31,388 nt of DNA from NCBI GenBank assembly GCA_031430155.1, contig JANPAY010000356.1:1-31388 (forward strand), read 5' to 3'. Of this stretch, positions 19,113-27,584 are shown piece after piece. The notes beneath the pieces were generated by a model, which searched no databases, was not told the origin of the DNA, and saw nothing but the letters and a program-made list of their open reading frames with translations. Each line of letters begins with the position of its first letter. Position 1 is the first letter of the stretch. A program made the translations under genes and the position numbers. This stretch comes from Comamonadaceae bacterium. GTDB taxonomy: Bacteria; Pseudomonadota; Gammaproteobacteria; Burkholderiales; Burkholderiaceae_C.

Positions 19113-19723
19113 ATACCTTACAAACCAACGCTGGTTTTGACGAAGAAACCGCAAGAGCCGAAATCTACGGCTTGCTGAGCTCGCTTTATTACTCGGCGCC
19201 AGCCCCTGAACTATTGGCACAACTGCGCGTCGCCGTGACCCAAGCCCCTGATAGTGGCAGTTTTTTAGAAGCACCATGGGAGGTGGTGATCGCGGCCTCG
19301 CGCGATCTGACAGATGCACAAATTAAAGCCGAATACGAATCACTGTTTGGCGGAGTGGGTAAGCCTGAAGTCTATTTGTTTGGCTCGTTTTATTTGAGCG
19401 GGTTTTTAAATGAAAAACCACTCGCTAGATTGCGTGAAAGCCTTATCCAGTATGGCCTAGAGCGAGATTCAGCTATGTTTGAAACCGAAGACCACATCGC
19501 GTATGTATGCGAAGTGATGCGCTATTTGATAGCGGGCGATGATGTCAGCGTATCGAATCTCACGAATCAAAAAAGCTTTTTTGGCGATCATCTGCAGCCT
19601 TGGGTGAATAGGCTATGTGATGCCGTGGGAGGCAATCCCAGAGCCAATTTTTATAAAACACTAGCTGAATTTACGAGGGCATTTATGAGCGTGGAGTCAC
19701 AAGGGTTTGATTTGTTAGTTTGA
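19109..19723 (+). CDS. TorD/DmsD family molybdoenzyme chaperone
   Basis: YGLLSSLYYSAP, SFYLSGFL, ETEDHIAYVCE and FF..HL.PW motifs; ATGA overlap with the upstream gene. Confidence 0.88.
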   Translation: MNTLQTNAGFDEETARAEIYGLLSSLYYSAPAPELLAQLRVAVTQAPDSGSFLEAPWEVVIAASRDLTDAQIKAEYESLFGGVGKPEVYLFGSFYLSGFLNEKPLARLRESLIQYGLERDSAMFETEDHIAYVCEVMRYLIAGDDVSVSNLTNQKSFFGDHLQPWVNRLCDAVGGNPRANFYKTLAEFTRAFMSVESQGFDLLV

Positions 19724-19857
19724 AAGTCAAGTGACTGACACGTTCGCGACAAACAAGGGTTAATCCTAGGGAGGGGAGCAAGGTTTTATTCAGTTAGTTC
19801 GCTACGATAAGTATGTTCTTAATTGCATAAGCTAATTTATAGCCAAGGAGCGTTTCA

Positions 19858-20076
19858 ATGACTTCCCAAGCCACAACAACTAAAGCCCCAGCGCCATCGC
19901 GTCGGGGCTTCTTTTTTGGAGCTGCCGCCGCAGGCGCTGCTGTTGCGGTAACCACCCAAACGACTGCTCCGTTTGCCGAGGTGGCTGCCACGGCCTTACC
20001 TGCCGCTCCTGCGGGCGGTGGCGGTTATTCGCTCAGCGCCCACGTGAAGCGCTATTACCAAACAACGATGGTTTAA
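19858..20076 (+). CDS. Small Tat-signal protein of the formate dehydrogenase region
   Basis: AAGGAG RBS; SRRGFF twin-arginine motif, Ala-rich helix and C-terminal GYSLSAHVKRYYQT. Confidence 0.8.
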   Translation: MTSQATTTKAPAPSRRGFFFGAAAAGAAVAVTTQTTAPFAEVAATALPAAPAGGGGYSLSAHVKRYYQTTMV

Positions 20077-20087
20077 GGGGAGTGAAC

Positions 20088-23060
20088 ATGTTATTAACTA
20101 AAAAATCAACGACAGGCTCTGAAAAATTCCACGGCGCTGGCGCGATGTTGCACAGTCTGCAGCGCGGAATGGCGCATGCCGTGCCAACAGTCGATCGCCG
20201 TGCGTTTTTGCGACGATCTGGACTAGGCGTTGGCGTGGGCATTGCGGCGTCACAGCTCACTCTTGTTAAAAAATCGAACGCTGCTACGGGTAACAGCATC
20301 AATGGAACCGGAAAAATTGAAGTCAAACGCACGGTTTGCACGCACTGCTCGGTCGGTTGTGCTGTAGACGCGGTCGTTGAAAACGGCGTGTGGACGCGGC
20401 AAGAGCCGGTGTTTGACTCCCCCATTAACTTGGGCGGTCAATGTGCCAAAGGTGCTGCCTTGCGTGAACACGGTCATGGTGAATTCCGCCTGCGCTACCC
20501 GATGAAATTGGTTAACGGCAAGTATGAGCGCATTAGCTGGGATACAGCACTCACTGAAATCTCGCAAAAAATGCTGGCACTTCGCAAAGAGAGCGGTGTT
20601 GACAGTATTTTTGTGGTCGGCTCGTCTAAACACAACAATGAGCAAGCTTATTTGCTGCGTAAGTGGATGACGCTGTGGGGCTCAAACAATTGCGACCACC
20701 AAGCGCGTATTTGCCACTCGACCACGGTTGCTGGTGTTGCCAATACATGGGGCTACGGAGCGATGACGAATTCGTACAACGACATGCAAAACAGCAAGGT
20801 CGCCATGTACATTGGCTCTAACGCTGCTGAAGCGCATCCCGTGTCGCTGCTGCACATGCTGCATGCCAAAGAGACGGGTACGAAGATGATTGTGGTTGAT
20901 CCACGATTCACTCGAACAGCTGCCAAGGCCGACGAATACGTGCGTATCCGGTCTGGCACGGACATTCCATTCGTGTTCGGTCTGCTGTATCACATCTTTA
21001 AAAACGGCTGGGAGGACAAGCGCTACATCAAAGATCGCGTATACGGTATGGAGGCTGTCAAAGCCGACATCATGGCGAAATGGACACCTGAAAAAGTGGA
21101 GGAAGCTTGCGGCGTGCCTGAAGCGCAAATGATTAAAGTGGCGAGCATGCTGAACGAAAGCCGTCCAGGCACCATCGTCTGGTGCATGGGTCAAACACAG
21201 CACACGATTGGCAATGCGATTGTTCGTGCATCGTGCATTTTGCAGTTGGCTTTAGGAAATGTGGGCAAGAGCGGTGGTGGAACAAATATTTTCCGTGGTC
21301 ACGATAATGTGCAGGGTGCAACGGACGTAGGGCCTAATCCAGATTCGCTTCCAGGTTATTACGGCCTAGCTGAAGGCTCGTTCAAACACTTTGCGGCCAC
21401 TTGGAAGGTCGATTTTGAGTGGATCAAGAAGCAATACGCTCCTGGCATGATGGCTAAAAACGGCATGACTGTTTCGCGTTGGATTGATGGCGTGATGCAA
21501 GACAACAAGCTGATCGACCAAGAATCTAACTTGCGCGGCATGTTCTTTTGGGGGCATGCACCTAACTCCCAATCGCGTGGCCTTGAGATGAAGCGTGCGA
21601 TGGATAAGCTTGACTTGCTCGTCGTAGTCGATCCGTATCCATCGGCGACAGCGGCCATGGCAGCCATGCCCGCGGCTGTTGGCAATGAGAAAGATTTAAA
21701 TCCAAATCGCGCGGTGTATCTATTACCAGCTGCCACGCAATTTGAAACCAGTGGCTCAGCCACTGCATCCAACCGCTCGATCCAGTGGCGCGAAAAGGTC
21801 ATTGATCCGTTGTGGGAGAGCCGCTCCGATCACATGATCATGCACCAATTGGCTGAGAAATTGGGCTTTGGCAAAGAGTTGTCAAAAAATTACAAGATGC
21901 AAACCATTAAAGGTTTGGAAGAACCGATGCCGGAAGACATCTTGCGTGAAATTAATAAGTGCGTCTGGACGATTGGCTACACGGGGCAAAGTCCAGAGCG
22001 CCTCAAAGCGCACATGCGCAATATGGATAAGTTTGATGTTAAGACTCTGAAATCCAAAGGCGGCAAGGACAAAGAAACGGGCTACGATCTCGGTGGCGAT
22101 TATTTTGGCTTACCTTGGCCTTGCTACGGTACGCCCGAAATGAAGCACCCTGGCTCGCCCAATTTGTATGACACTTCTAAACACGTGATGGATGGCGGCG
22201 GTAACTTCCGAGCGAACTTTGGCGTTGAAAAAGATGGTGTTAATTTGCTGGCGGAAGATGGGTCGCACTCGAAAGGTGCTGACATCACCACAGGTTACCC
22301 AGAATTCGATCACATCTTGCTGAAAAAATTAGGCTGGTGGAGCGATTTGACCGAGACTGAACAAAAAGCGGCGGAGGGCAAAAACTGGAAAACGGATCCA
22401 TCAGGCGGCATCATTCGTGTCACGATGCAAGTACACGGTTGCCATCCGTTTGGCAACGCGAAAGCTCGGGCCGTGGTGTGGAACTTTCCAGATGCGATCC
22501 CGCAGCACCGTGAACCGCTTTACAGCACGCGCCCAGACATGGTTGCCAAATACCCAACGCATGCCGATAAACCTGCGTTCTGGCGTTTGCATACCTTGTA
22601 CAAAACGGTGCAAGATGAGAGTATTAAGCAGAAGAATCACGAGAAGTTCCCACTCATCTTGACTTCAGGGCGTTTGGTTGAGTACGAGGGCGGCGGAGAA
22701 GAGACCCGCTCAAATCCGTGGCTGGCTGAGTTGCAGCAGGACGCATTTGTGGAGATCAATCCCAAAGCGGCTGCTGATCGGGGCATCAAAAATGGCGAGC
22801 AGGTCTGGATCAAATCACCCACAGGTGCCAAGATTAAGGTCATGGCGATGGTCACACCGCGTGTCGGGGTAGATACCTGCTTCATGCCGTTCCACTTCTC
22901 AGGTCATTGGCAGGGCGCAGATTTGAAGCCGTATTACCCTAACGGCGCAGCGCCAATTGTGCGCGGCGAATCGGTTAATACGGCGACAACTTATGGTTAC
23001 GACAGCGTCACGATGATGCAAGAGACAAAGACCACTATTTGCAACATCGAGAAAGCATAA
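20088..23060 (+). CDS. fdhA: Formate dehydrogenase alpha subunit (Mo/W-bisPGD, Tat-exported, Cys ligand)
   Basis: DRRAFL Tat motif, CTHCSVGC...C [4Fe-4S], DHQARICHSTT, RGHDNVQGATD and a C-terminal molydopterin-binding domain. AAGGGGAG RBS before ATG 20088. Confidence 0.95.
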   Translation: MLLTKKSTTGSEKFHGAGAMLHSLQRGMAHAVPTVDRRAFLRRSGLGVGVGIAASQLTLVKKSNAATGNSINGTGKIEVKRTVCTHCSVGCAVDAVVENGVWTRQEPVFDSPINLGGQCAKGAALREHGHGEFRLRYPMKLVNGKYERISWDTALTEISQKMLALRKESGVDSIFVVGSSKHNNEQAYLLRKWMTLWGSNNCDHQARICHSTTVAGVANTWGYGAMTNSYNDMQNSKVAMYIGSNAAEAHPVSLLHMLHAKETGTKMIVVDPRFTRTAAKADEYVRIRSGTDIPFVFGLLYHIFKNGWEDKRYIKDRVYGMEAVKADIMAKWTPEKVEEACGVPEAQMIKVASMLNESRPGTIVWCMGQTQHTIGNAIVRASCILQLALGNVGKSGGGTNIFRGHDNVQGATDVGPNPDSLPGYYGLAEGSFKHFAATWKVDFEWIKKQYAPGMMAKNGMTVSRWIDGVMQDNKLIDQESNLRGMFFWGHAPNSQSRGLEMKRAMDKLDLLVVVDPYPSATAAMAAMPAAVGNEKDLNPNRAVYLLPAATQFETSGSATASNRSIQWREKVIDPLWESRSDHMIMHQLAEKLGFGKELSKNYKMQTIKGLEEPMPEDILREINKCVWTIGYTGQSPERLKAHMRNMDKFDVKTLKSKGGKDKETGYDLGGDYFGLPWPCYGTPEMKHPGSPNLYDTSKHVMDGGGNFRANFGVEKDGVNLLAEDGSHSKGADITTGYPEFDHILLKKLGWWSDLTETEQKAAEGKNWKTDPSGGIIRVTMQVHGCHPFGNAKARAVVWNFPDAIPQHREPLYSTRPDMVAKYPTHADKPAFWRLHTLYKTVQDESIKQKNHEKFPLILTSGRLVEYEGGGEETRSNPWLAELQQDAFVEINPKAAADRGIKNGEQVWIKSPTGAKIKVMAMVTPRVGVDTCFMPFHFSGHWQGADLKPYYPNGAAPIVRGESVNTATTYGYDSVTMMQETKTTICNIEKA

Positions 23061-23070
23061 GGAGCACATC

Positions 23071-23709
23071 ATGGCAAGAATGAAATTTATCTGTGATGCC
23101 GAGCGCTGTATCGAGTGCAATGGCTGTGTCACCGCTTGTAAAAATGAGCACGAAGTGCCTTGGGGCGTGAATCGCCGCCGTGTGATAACGCTGAATGACG
23201 GCATTCCTGGCGAAAAATCAATCTCGGTTGCTTGTATGCACTGCTCGGACGCCCCTTGTATGGCGGTTTGCCCAGTGAGCTGCTTTTACCGCACCGACGA
23301 AGGTGTGGTTTTGCATGACAAGGATGTCTGTATTGGCTGCGGCTATTGCTCTTATGCTTGCCCATTTGGTGCGCCTCAGTTCCCAAGCCAAGGCACATTT
23401 GGTGTGCGCGGCAAGATGGACAAGTGCACGTTCTGTGCAGGAGGCCCTGAAGATAACGGCTCACAAGCTGAATTTGAAAAATATGGACGGAACCGGTTAG
23501 CTGAAGGCAAATTGCCAGCTTGCGCAGAGATGTGCTCGACCAAGGCCTTGATTGCTGGCGATGGTGATGTTGTCGCCGATATTTTCCGTAACCGCGTCTT
23601 GAAGCGTGGCAAAGGTGCCGAGCTATGGGGTTGGCAATCCGCCTACGGTGCTAACTCAGGTAACACGGTTAGCCCAGCCGCAAAACCTGCAGCTAAAGTG
23701 GGGGGATAA
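23071..23709 (+). CDS. fdhB: Formate dehydrogenase iron-sulfur beta subunit
   Basis: CIECNGCVTAC, CMHCSDAPCMAVCP, CIGCGYCSYACP and CTFC...PACAEMC motifs. Confidence 0.94.
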   Translation: MARMKFICDAERCIECNGCVTACKNEHEVPWGVNRRRVITLNDGIPGEKSISVACMHCSDAPCMAVCPVSCFYRTDEGVVLHDKDVCIGCGYCSYACPFGAPQFPSQGTFGVRGKMDKCTFCAGGPEDNGSQAEFEKYGRNRLAEGKLPACAEMCSTKALIAGDGDVVADIFRNRVLKRGKGAELWGWQSAYGANSGNTVSPAAKPAAKVGG

Positions 23710-23711
23710 CC

Positions 23712-23936
23712 ATGAAAACGAAACTCTCATTTGCTTTGGCTAGTTTTGTCCTACTTGCCGCTTGCGGCGTAAAGCCACAAACTCTTGGAGGCGTTAAAAG
23801 TGATGCAGCACCGCACATGGGTGTTGGTGAAAGTCAATATGTAGCGCCAGGTTGGAAGGCGGGTGACAAAACGGCATGGGAGCAGCAATTACGTGCTCGC
23901 TCGCAAGGTCAAAATGACTACTCTCGTGCAAATTAA
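23712..23936 (+). CDS. Small lipoprotein within the fdh operon
   Basis: Lipobox LAAC after a hydrophobic leader; GWKAGDKTAWEQQLRARSQGQNDY; tight spacing between fdhB and fdhC. Confidence 0.75.
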   Translation: MKTKLSFALASFVLLAACGVKPQTLGGVKSDAAPHMGVGESQYVAPGWKAGDKTAWEQQLRARSQGQNDYSRAN

Positions 23937-23948
23937 AAAGGAGCAGCC

Positions 23949-25010
23949 ATGAAGCGCTTTGCTCAACTTTTTACGCTGACTTGTAGCTTGCTAATGGCCA
24001 GCGTGTTAACACTGCCTGTCAGTGCGCAAGATGCATCGGCTGATCCCAAATATCAGCAGCAATCCAATGGTGAACGAGCCAAATCGCAGCCAGGAAATAA
24101 TGCGCCCATGTGGCGCGCTGTCGGCCAAGGCGCTGACGGACAAAGTTCATTACCTAAACGTGAAGCACCAGAAGCCGGCAACTTGATTCAAGGACAAGTT
24201 CAGTACCCAGGCTCTCGGATGACGAATGCGGGTGATGCTTGGAGACAAACCCGCAATAACATCATCATTCCCTACGGTGGCGCATTGATTTTTATTACGC
24301 TACTAGCAGTAGGATTGTTTTACTGGCGTAAGGGTTCAATTGGCTTGCAGGGTGAGGAGTCTGGCAAAACGATTGTGCGTTTCACCTATTTCGAACGAGC
24401 TGCACACTGGGCAAATGCGATTGCTTTTTGTACCTTAGCTATTTCCGGTTTAGTGATGGCGTTTGGTAAATTCTTCATGCTGCCCATCATTGGTAATAGC
24501 TTGTTTGGTTGGCTGACGTACTTGCTTAAAAACGCACACAATTTTGCAGGCCCCTTATTTGCTGTGTCGCTAGTGGTTGTATTCTGTGTTTTTGTGCGTG
24601 ACAACTTCCCTAGCAAGGCCGACTTAACTTGGCTTCTCAAAGCTGGCGGCTTGTTCAGTAGTGAGCATGTGCCTTCCCATCGATTTAATGCAGGTGAAAA
24701 AATTGTTTTTTGGGGCGGCGTGTTCTTCTTGGGCATCATCGTAGTCGGCTCGGGCTTGGTCTTAGATAAATTGATTCCAAACCTTGAGTATCTTCGTGCC
24801 ACTATGCAAGTTAGTCACATGATTCACGCCGTAGCAGCGCTACTGATGATGGCGATGTTCATTGGTCACATCTACCTTGGCACAGTCGGCATGAAAGGCG
24901 CATACAAAGCAATGAAAACTGGCAAGGTTGACGAGACATGGGCTAAAGAGCATCACGAAATTTGGTATGACGATGTCAAGTCTGGAAAAATACCCGCTAA
25001 AAAAGAATGA
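23949..25010 (+). CDS. fdhC: Formate dehydrogenase gamma subunit (cytochrome b)
   Basis: Signal peptide plus periplasmic extension; RFTYFERAAHW, KNAHNF, FNAGEK, HMIH...GHIY and WAKEHH motifs. Confidence 0.93.
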   Translation: MKRFAQLFTLTCSLLMASVLTLPVSAQDASADPKYQQQSNGERAKSQPGNNAPMWRAVGQGADGQSSLPKREAPEAGNLIQGQVQYPGSRMTNAGDAWRQTRNNIIIPYGGALIFITLLAVGLFYWRKGSIGLQGEESGKTIVRFTYFERAAHWANAIAFCTLAISGLVMAFGKFFMLPIIGNSLFGWLTYLLKNAHNFAGPLFAVSLVVVFCVFVRDNFPSKADLTWLLKAGGLFSSEHVPSHRFNAGEKIVFWGGVFFLGIIVVGSGLVLDKLIPNLEYLRATMQVSHMIHAVAALLMMAMFIGHIYLGTVGMKGAYKAMKTGKVDETWAKEHHEIWYDDVKSGKIPAKKE

Positions 25011-25024
25011 AATTGGAGATCACG

Positions 25025-25318
25025 ATGAATAAATTACTCTTATTAACCTTACTAGTTGCTACTTCTGCTGCTTTTGCAAAATTGCCCGCTCCCAGCGATG
25101 AGGCGAAAGCAAAGTCTGCAGAGGCTGCGGCTAAAACGGCCCACGCAGGCAAGGTTGATGGATACTTACTTTGTAAATCGCAAGATAAAGTGGCAGCAAA
25201 AATAAAAAAATCAAAAGACAAAGTAGCCACGCCACCTTGTGCAGATCCTGGCAAGTTTGTGTATCCACCACCTGCTGCACCTGCTGCTCCAGTTGCCGCA
25301 GCGCCAGCCAAGAAGTAA
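25025..25318 (+). CDS. Small secreted protein, last gene of the fdh operon
   Basis: GGAGA RBS; signal peptide ending AFA; two Cys; Pro/Ala-rich tail; followed by a terminator. Confidence 0.72.
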   Translation: MNKLLLLTLLVATSAAFAKLPAPSDEAKAKSAEAAAKTAHAGKVDGYLLCKSQDKVAAKIKKSKDKVATPPCADPGKFVYPPPAAPAAPVAAAPAKK

Positions 25319-25352
25319 TCTAAACTAAAAAATACTTCTCGTCTCTTGCGTC

Positions 25353-25386
25353 AAGCCCAGTTCTGGTAACTGGGCTTTGTTTTTTT
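25353..25386 (+). terminator. Rho-independent terminator of the fdh operon
   Basis: Perfect 10 bp stem AAGCCCAGTT-CTGGT-AACTGGGCTT followed by TGTTTTTTT. Confidence 0.88.
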
Positions 25387-25435
25387 GTGTCCTACTAAAA
25401 TCATCTAACAGTCTGCTCCTATCCAATTGATTCAC

Positions 25436-27565
25436 ATGCAAAACGCCAAGCGCCAACTCTTTGTTACCACCGCACTGCCTTACGCTAATGGCAATTTCCA
25501 CATCGGTCACATCATGGAGTACATCCAAGCCGATATTTGGGTGCGGTATCAGCGCATGTGCGGCAACGATGTGAATTTTGTTTGCGCGGATGACGCGCAC
25601 GGCGCGCCCATCATGATTGCTGCGCAAAAAGCGAGCGTGACGCCGCGTGCGTTTGTGGACAACATTGCCAAAGGTCGAGCGCAATATCTGGATGGTTTCC
25701 ATATTAAGTTCGACAACTGGAGTCATACCGATAGCGAAGAGAACCACGCGCTTGCCAAAGAAATTTATCTTGATCTTAAAAAAGCAGGTTTGATTGAAAC
25801 GAAAAGCATCGAGCAGTTTTTTGACCCCGAGGCGTTGGAGGGCAAAGGCATGTTCCTTGCCGACCGTTTTATCAAAGGCGAGTGTCCCAAGTGCGGGGCA
25901 AAAGATCAATACGGCGACAACTGCGAAAACTGCGGCGCGGTCTATGCCCCGACCGATCTCAAGAACCCTTATTCCGCACTGTCTGGTGCAACGCCTGTGC
26001 TCAAAGCGTCTGAGCATTTCTTCTTCAAATTGTCTGATCCACGCTGCGTCGAGTTCTTAGAAAAATGGACGCAAGACGGCAAGCTCCAGCCTGAAGTAGC
26101 GAACAAGGTCAAAGAGTGGTTTAGCACACGTACCAATGCGGACGGCACAACTAGCACGGGGCTTGGAGATTGGGACATTTCTAGAGACGCGCCGTACTTC
26201 GGAATCGAAATTCCAGATGCGCCAGGCAAGTATTTTTATGTGTGGCTAGATGCGCCAGTGGGCTATTTGGCATCGCTTAAAGATTGGTTTAACAAAGACG
26301 GACCGAAGATGAGCTATGGCGAAACGCGCACATTTGAACAATACATTGCCAAAGATTCAAACGTGGAACAAATCCATTTCATTGGTAAGGACATCGTGAC
26401 ATTCCACACACTGTTCTGGCCTGCGATGCTTGAATTTAGTGACCGTAAAGTACCCAAGCATATTTATGTGCATGGCTTCTTGACCGTGAACAACGGCGAA
26501 AAAATGAGTAAGAGCCGAGGCACAGGACTCGATCCGCTCAAGTACTTAGGCCTTGGGATGAATCCCGAGTGGCTGCGTTATTACTTGGCGACGAAGTTAT
26601 CGGCTAAGAATGAAGATATTGATTTCAATGCCAATGATTTCATGGCACGAGTGAACAGTGATCTGATTGGTAAGTATGTGAATATTGCAAGTCGAGCCGT
26701 GAAGTTTTTACCTGATCGGCGATTGGTTGCATACGATGCTGTTAATTTCGATCCGGAAATGCCATTAGCGCATGTCAAAGTTTTGTATGAATCCCGCTCA
26801 TATAGTTTGGCAATGCGTGTGATTATGAGTTTTGCAGACTCCATAAATTTAAAGTTCGACTCATCTGCGCCGTGGAAACTAGCAAAGGAAGGGAAGCACG
26901 CAGAAGCGGCACAAGTGTGTTCTGAATGCCTTGAAATGTTTAAAGTACTTACGGCGTGTTTGAAACCAGTGCTGCCAGAGCTTGCGGCTAATGCTGAAGC
27001 TTTTTTTCAGTGTGAACCTTTGAACTGGGGCAATGCAGCATTGCCCTTGGGCACTAATCATCAAGTGGGCGAATACAAACATCTCATGCAGCGCGTAGAC
27101 ATCAAGCAGCTAGACGCTTTATTCGAAGCGCCAGCCGAGGCATCACCCTCTCCCCAGCCCTCTCCCATCAAGGGAGAGGGGGTAAAGTCAGAACCGATTG
27201 CCCTCGAAATCACGATTGATGATTTCTCTAAGGTTGATTTGCGCATTGCCAAAATCGTTAATTGCGAAGCGGTGGAGGGCTCAACCAAGCTCTTGCGCTT
27301 GACGCTGGACGCGGGCGAAGGCACTCACCCGCAGGGGAATCCTGTTACGCGCAACGTCTTTAGCGGTATCGCCAGCCACTACAAACCCGCCGACTTAATT
27401 GGCAAGCACACCGTGATGGTCGCCAATCTTGCGCCGCGCAAGATGAAGTTTGGCGTGTCGGAAGGCATGGTGCTGGCGGCTAGCAGTGCGGACGAGAAGG
27501 CGAGTCCTGGCATTTATGTGCTGGAGCCCGTAGCGGGCGCACAACCTGGGATGCGCATCCGCTGA
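25436..27565 (+). CDS. metG: Methionine--tRNA ligase with C-terminal tRNA-binding domain
   Basis: [20 protein letters not shown] zinc knuckle, KMSKS and C-terminal [10 protein letters not shown]...[14 protein letters not shown] 25436. Confidence 0.97.
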   Translation: MQNAKRQLFVTTALPYANGNFHIGHIMEYIQADIWVRYQRMCGNDVNFVCADDAHGAPIMIAAQKASVTPRAFVDNIAKGRAQYLDGFHIKFDNWSHTDSEENHALAKEIYLDLKKAGLIETKSIEQFFDPEALEGKGMFLADRFIKGECPKCGAKDQYGDNCENCGAVYAPTDLKNPYSALSGATPVLKASEHFFFKLSDPRCVEFLEKWTQDGKLQPEVANKVKEWFSTRTNADGTTSTGLGDWDISRDAPYFGIEIPDAPGKYFYVWLDAPVGYLASLKDWFNKDGPKMSYGETRTFEQYIAKDSNVEQIHFIGKDIVTFHTLFWPAMLEFSDRKVPKHIYVHGFLTVNNGEKMSKSRGTGLDPLKYLGLGMNPEWLRYYLATKLSAKNEDIDFNANDFMARVNSDLIGKYVNIASRAVKFLPDRRLVAYDAVNFDPEMPLAHVKVLYESRSYSLAMRVIMSFADSINLKFDSSAPWKLAKEGKHAEAAQVCSECLEMFKVLTACLKPVLPELAANAEAFFQCEPLNWGNAALPLGTNHQVGEYKHLMQRVDIKQLDALFEAPAEASPSPQPSPIKGEGVKSEPIALEITIDDFSKVDLRIAKIVNCEAVEGSTKLLRLTLDAGEGTHPQGNPVTRNVFSGIASHYKPADLIGKHTVMVANLAPRKMKFGVSEGMVLAASSADEKASPGIYVLEPVAGAQPGMRIR
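27146..27182 (+). repeat. REP-like palindromic element within metG
   Basis: CCCTCTCCCC-AG-CCCTCTCCC-ATCAA-GGGAGAGGG: a direct copy plus a perfect 9 bp hairpin (27158-27180), encoding [12 protein letters not shown]. Confidence 0.8.
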
Positions 27566-27584
27566 TTCAAAGGCTAATTAAGCT

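Noticed and set aside
19720-19730. TTGA-AAG-TCAA resembling an FNR box upstream of the fdh genes
   Set aside because: The half-site spacing is 3 nt instead of 6 and it overlaps the torD stop codon.
20088-23060. Selenocysteine recoding in fdhA
   Set aside because: The frame is open without TGA and the ligand position is a Cys codon.
25325-26017. 230 aa antisense ORF over the metG 5' region
   Set aside because: Lies on the opposite strand of an unambiguous essential gene, has no recognisable motif and runs through the fdh terminator; a shadow ORF.
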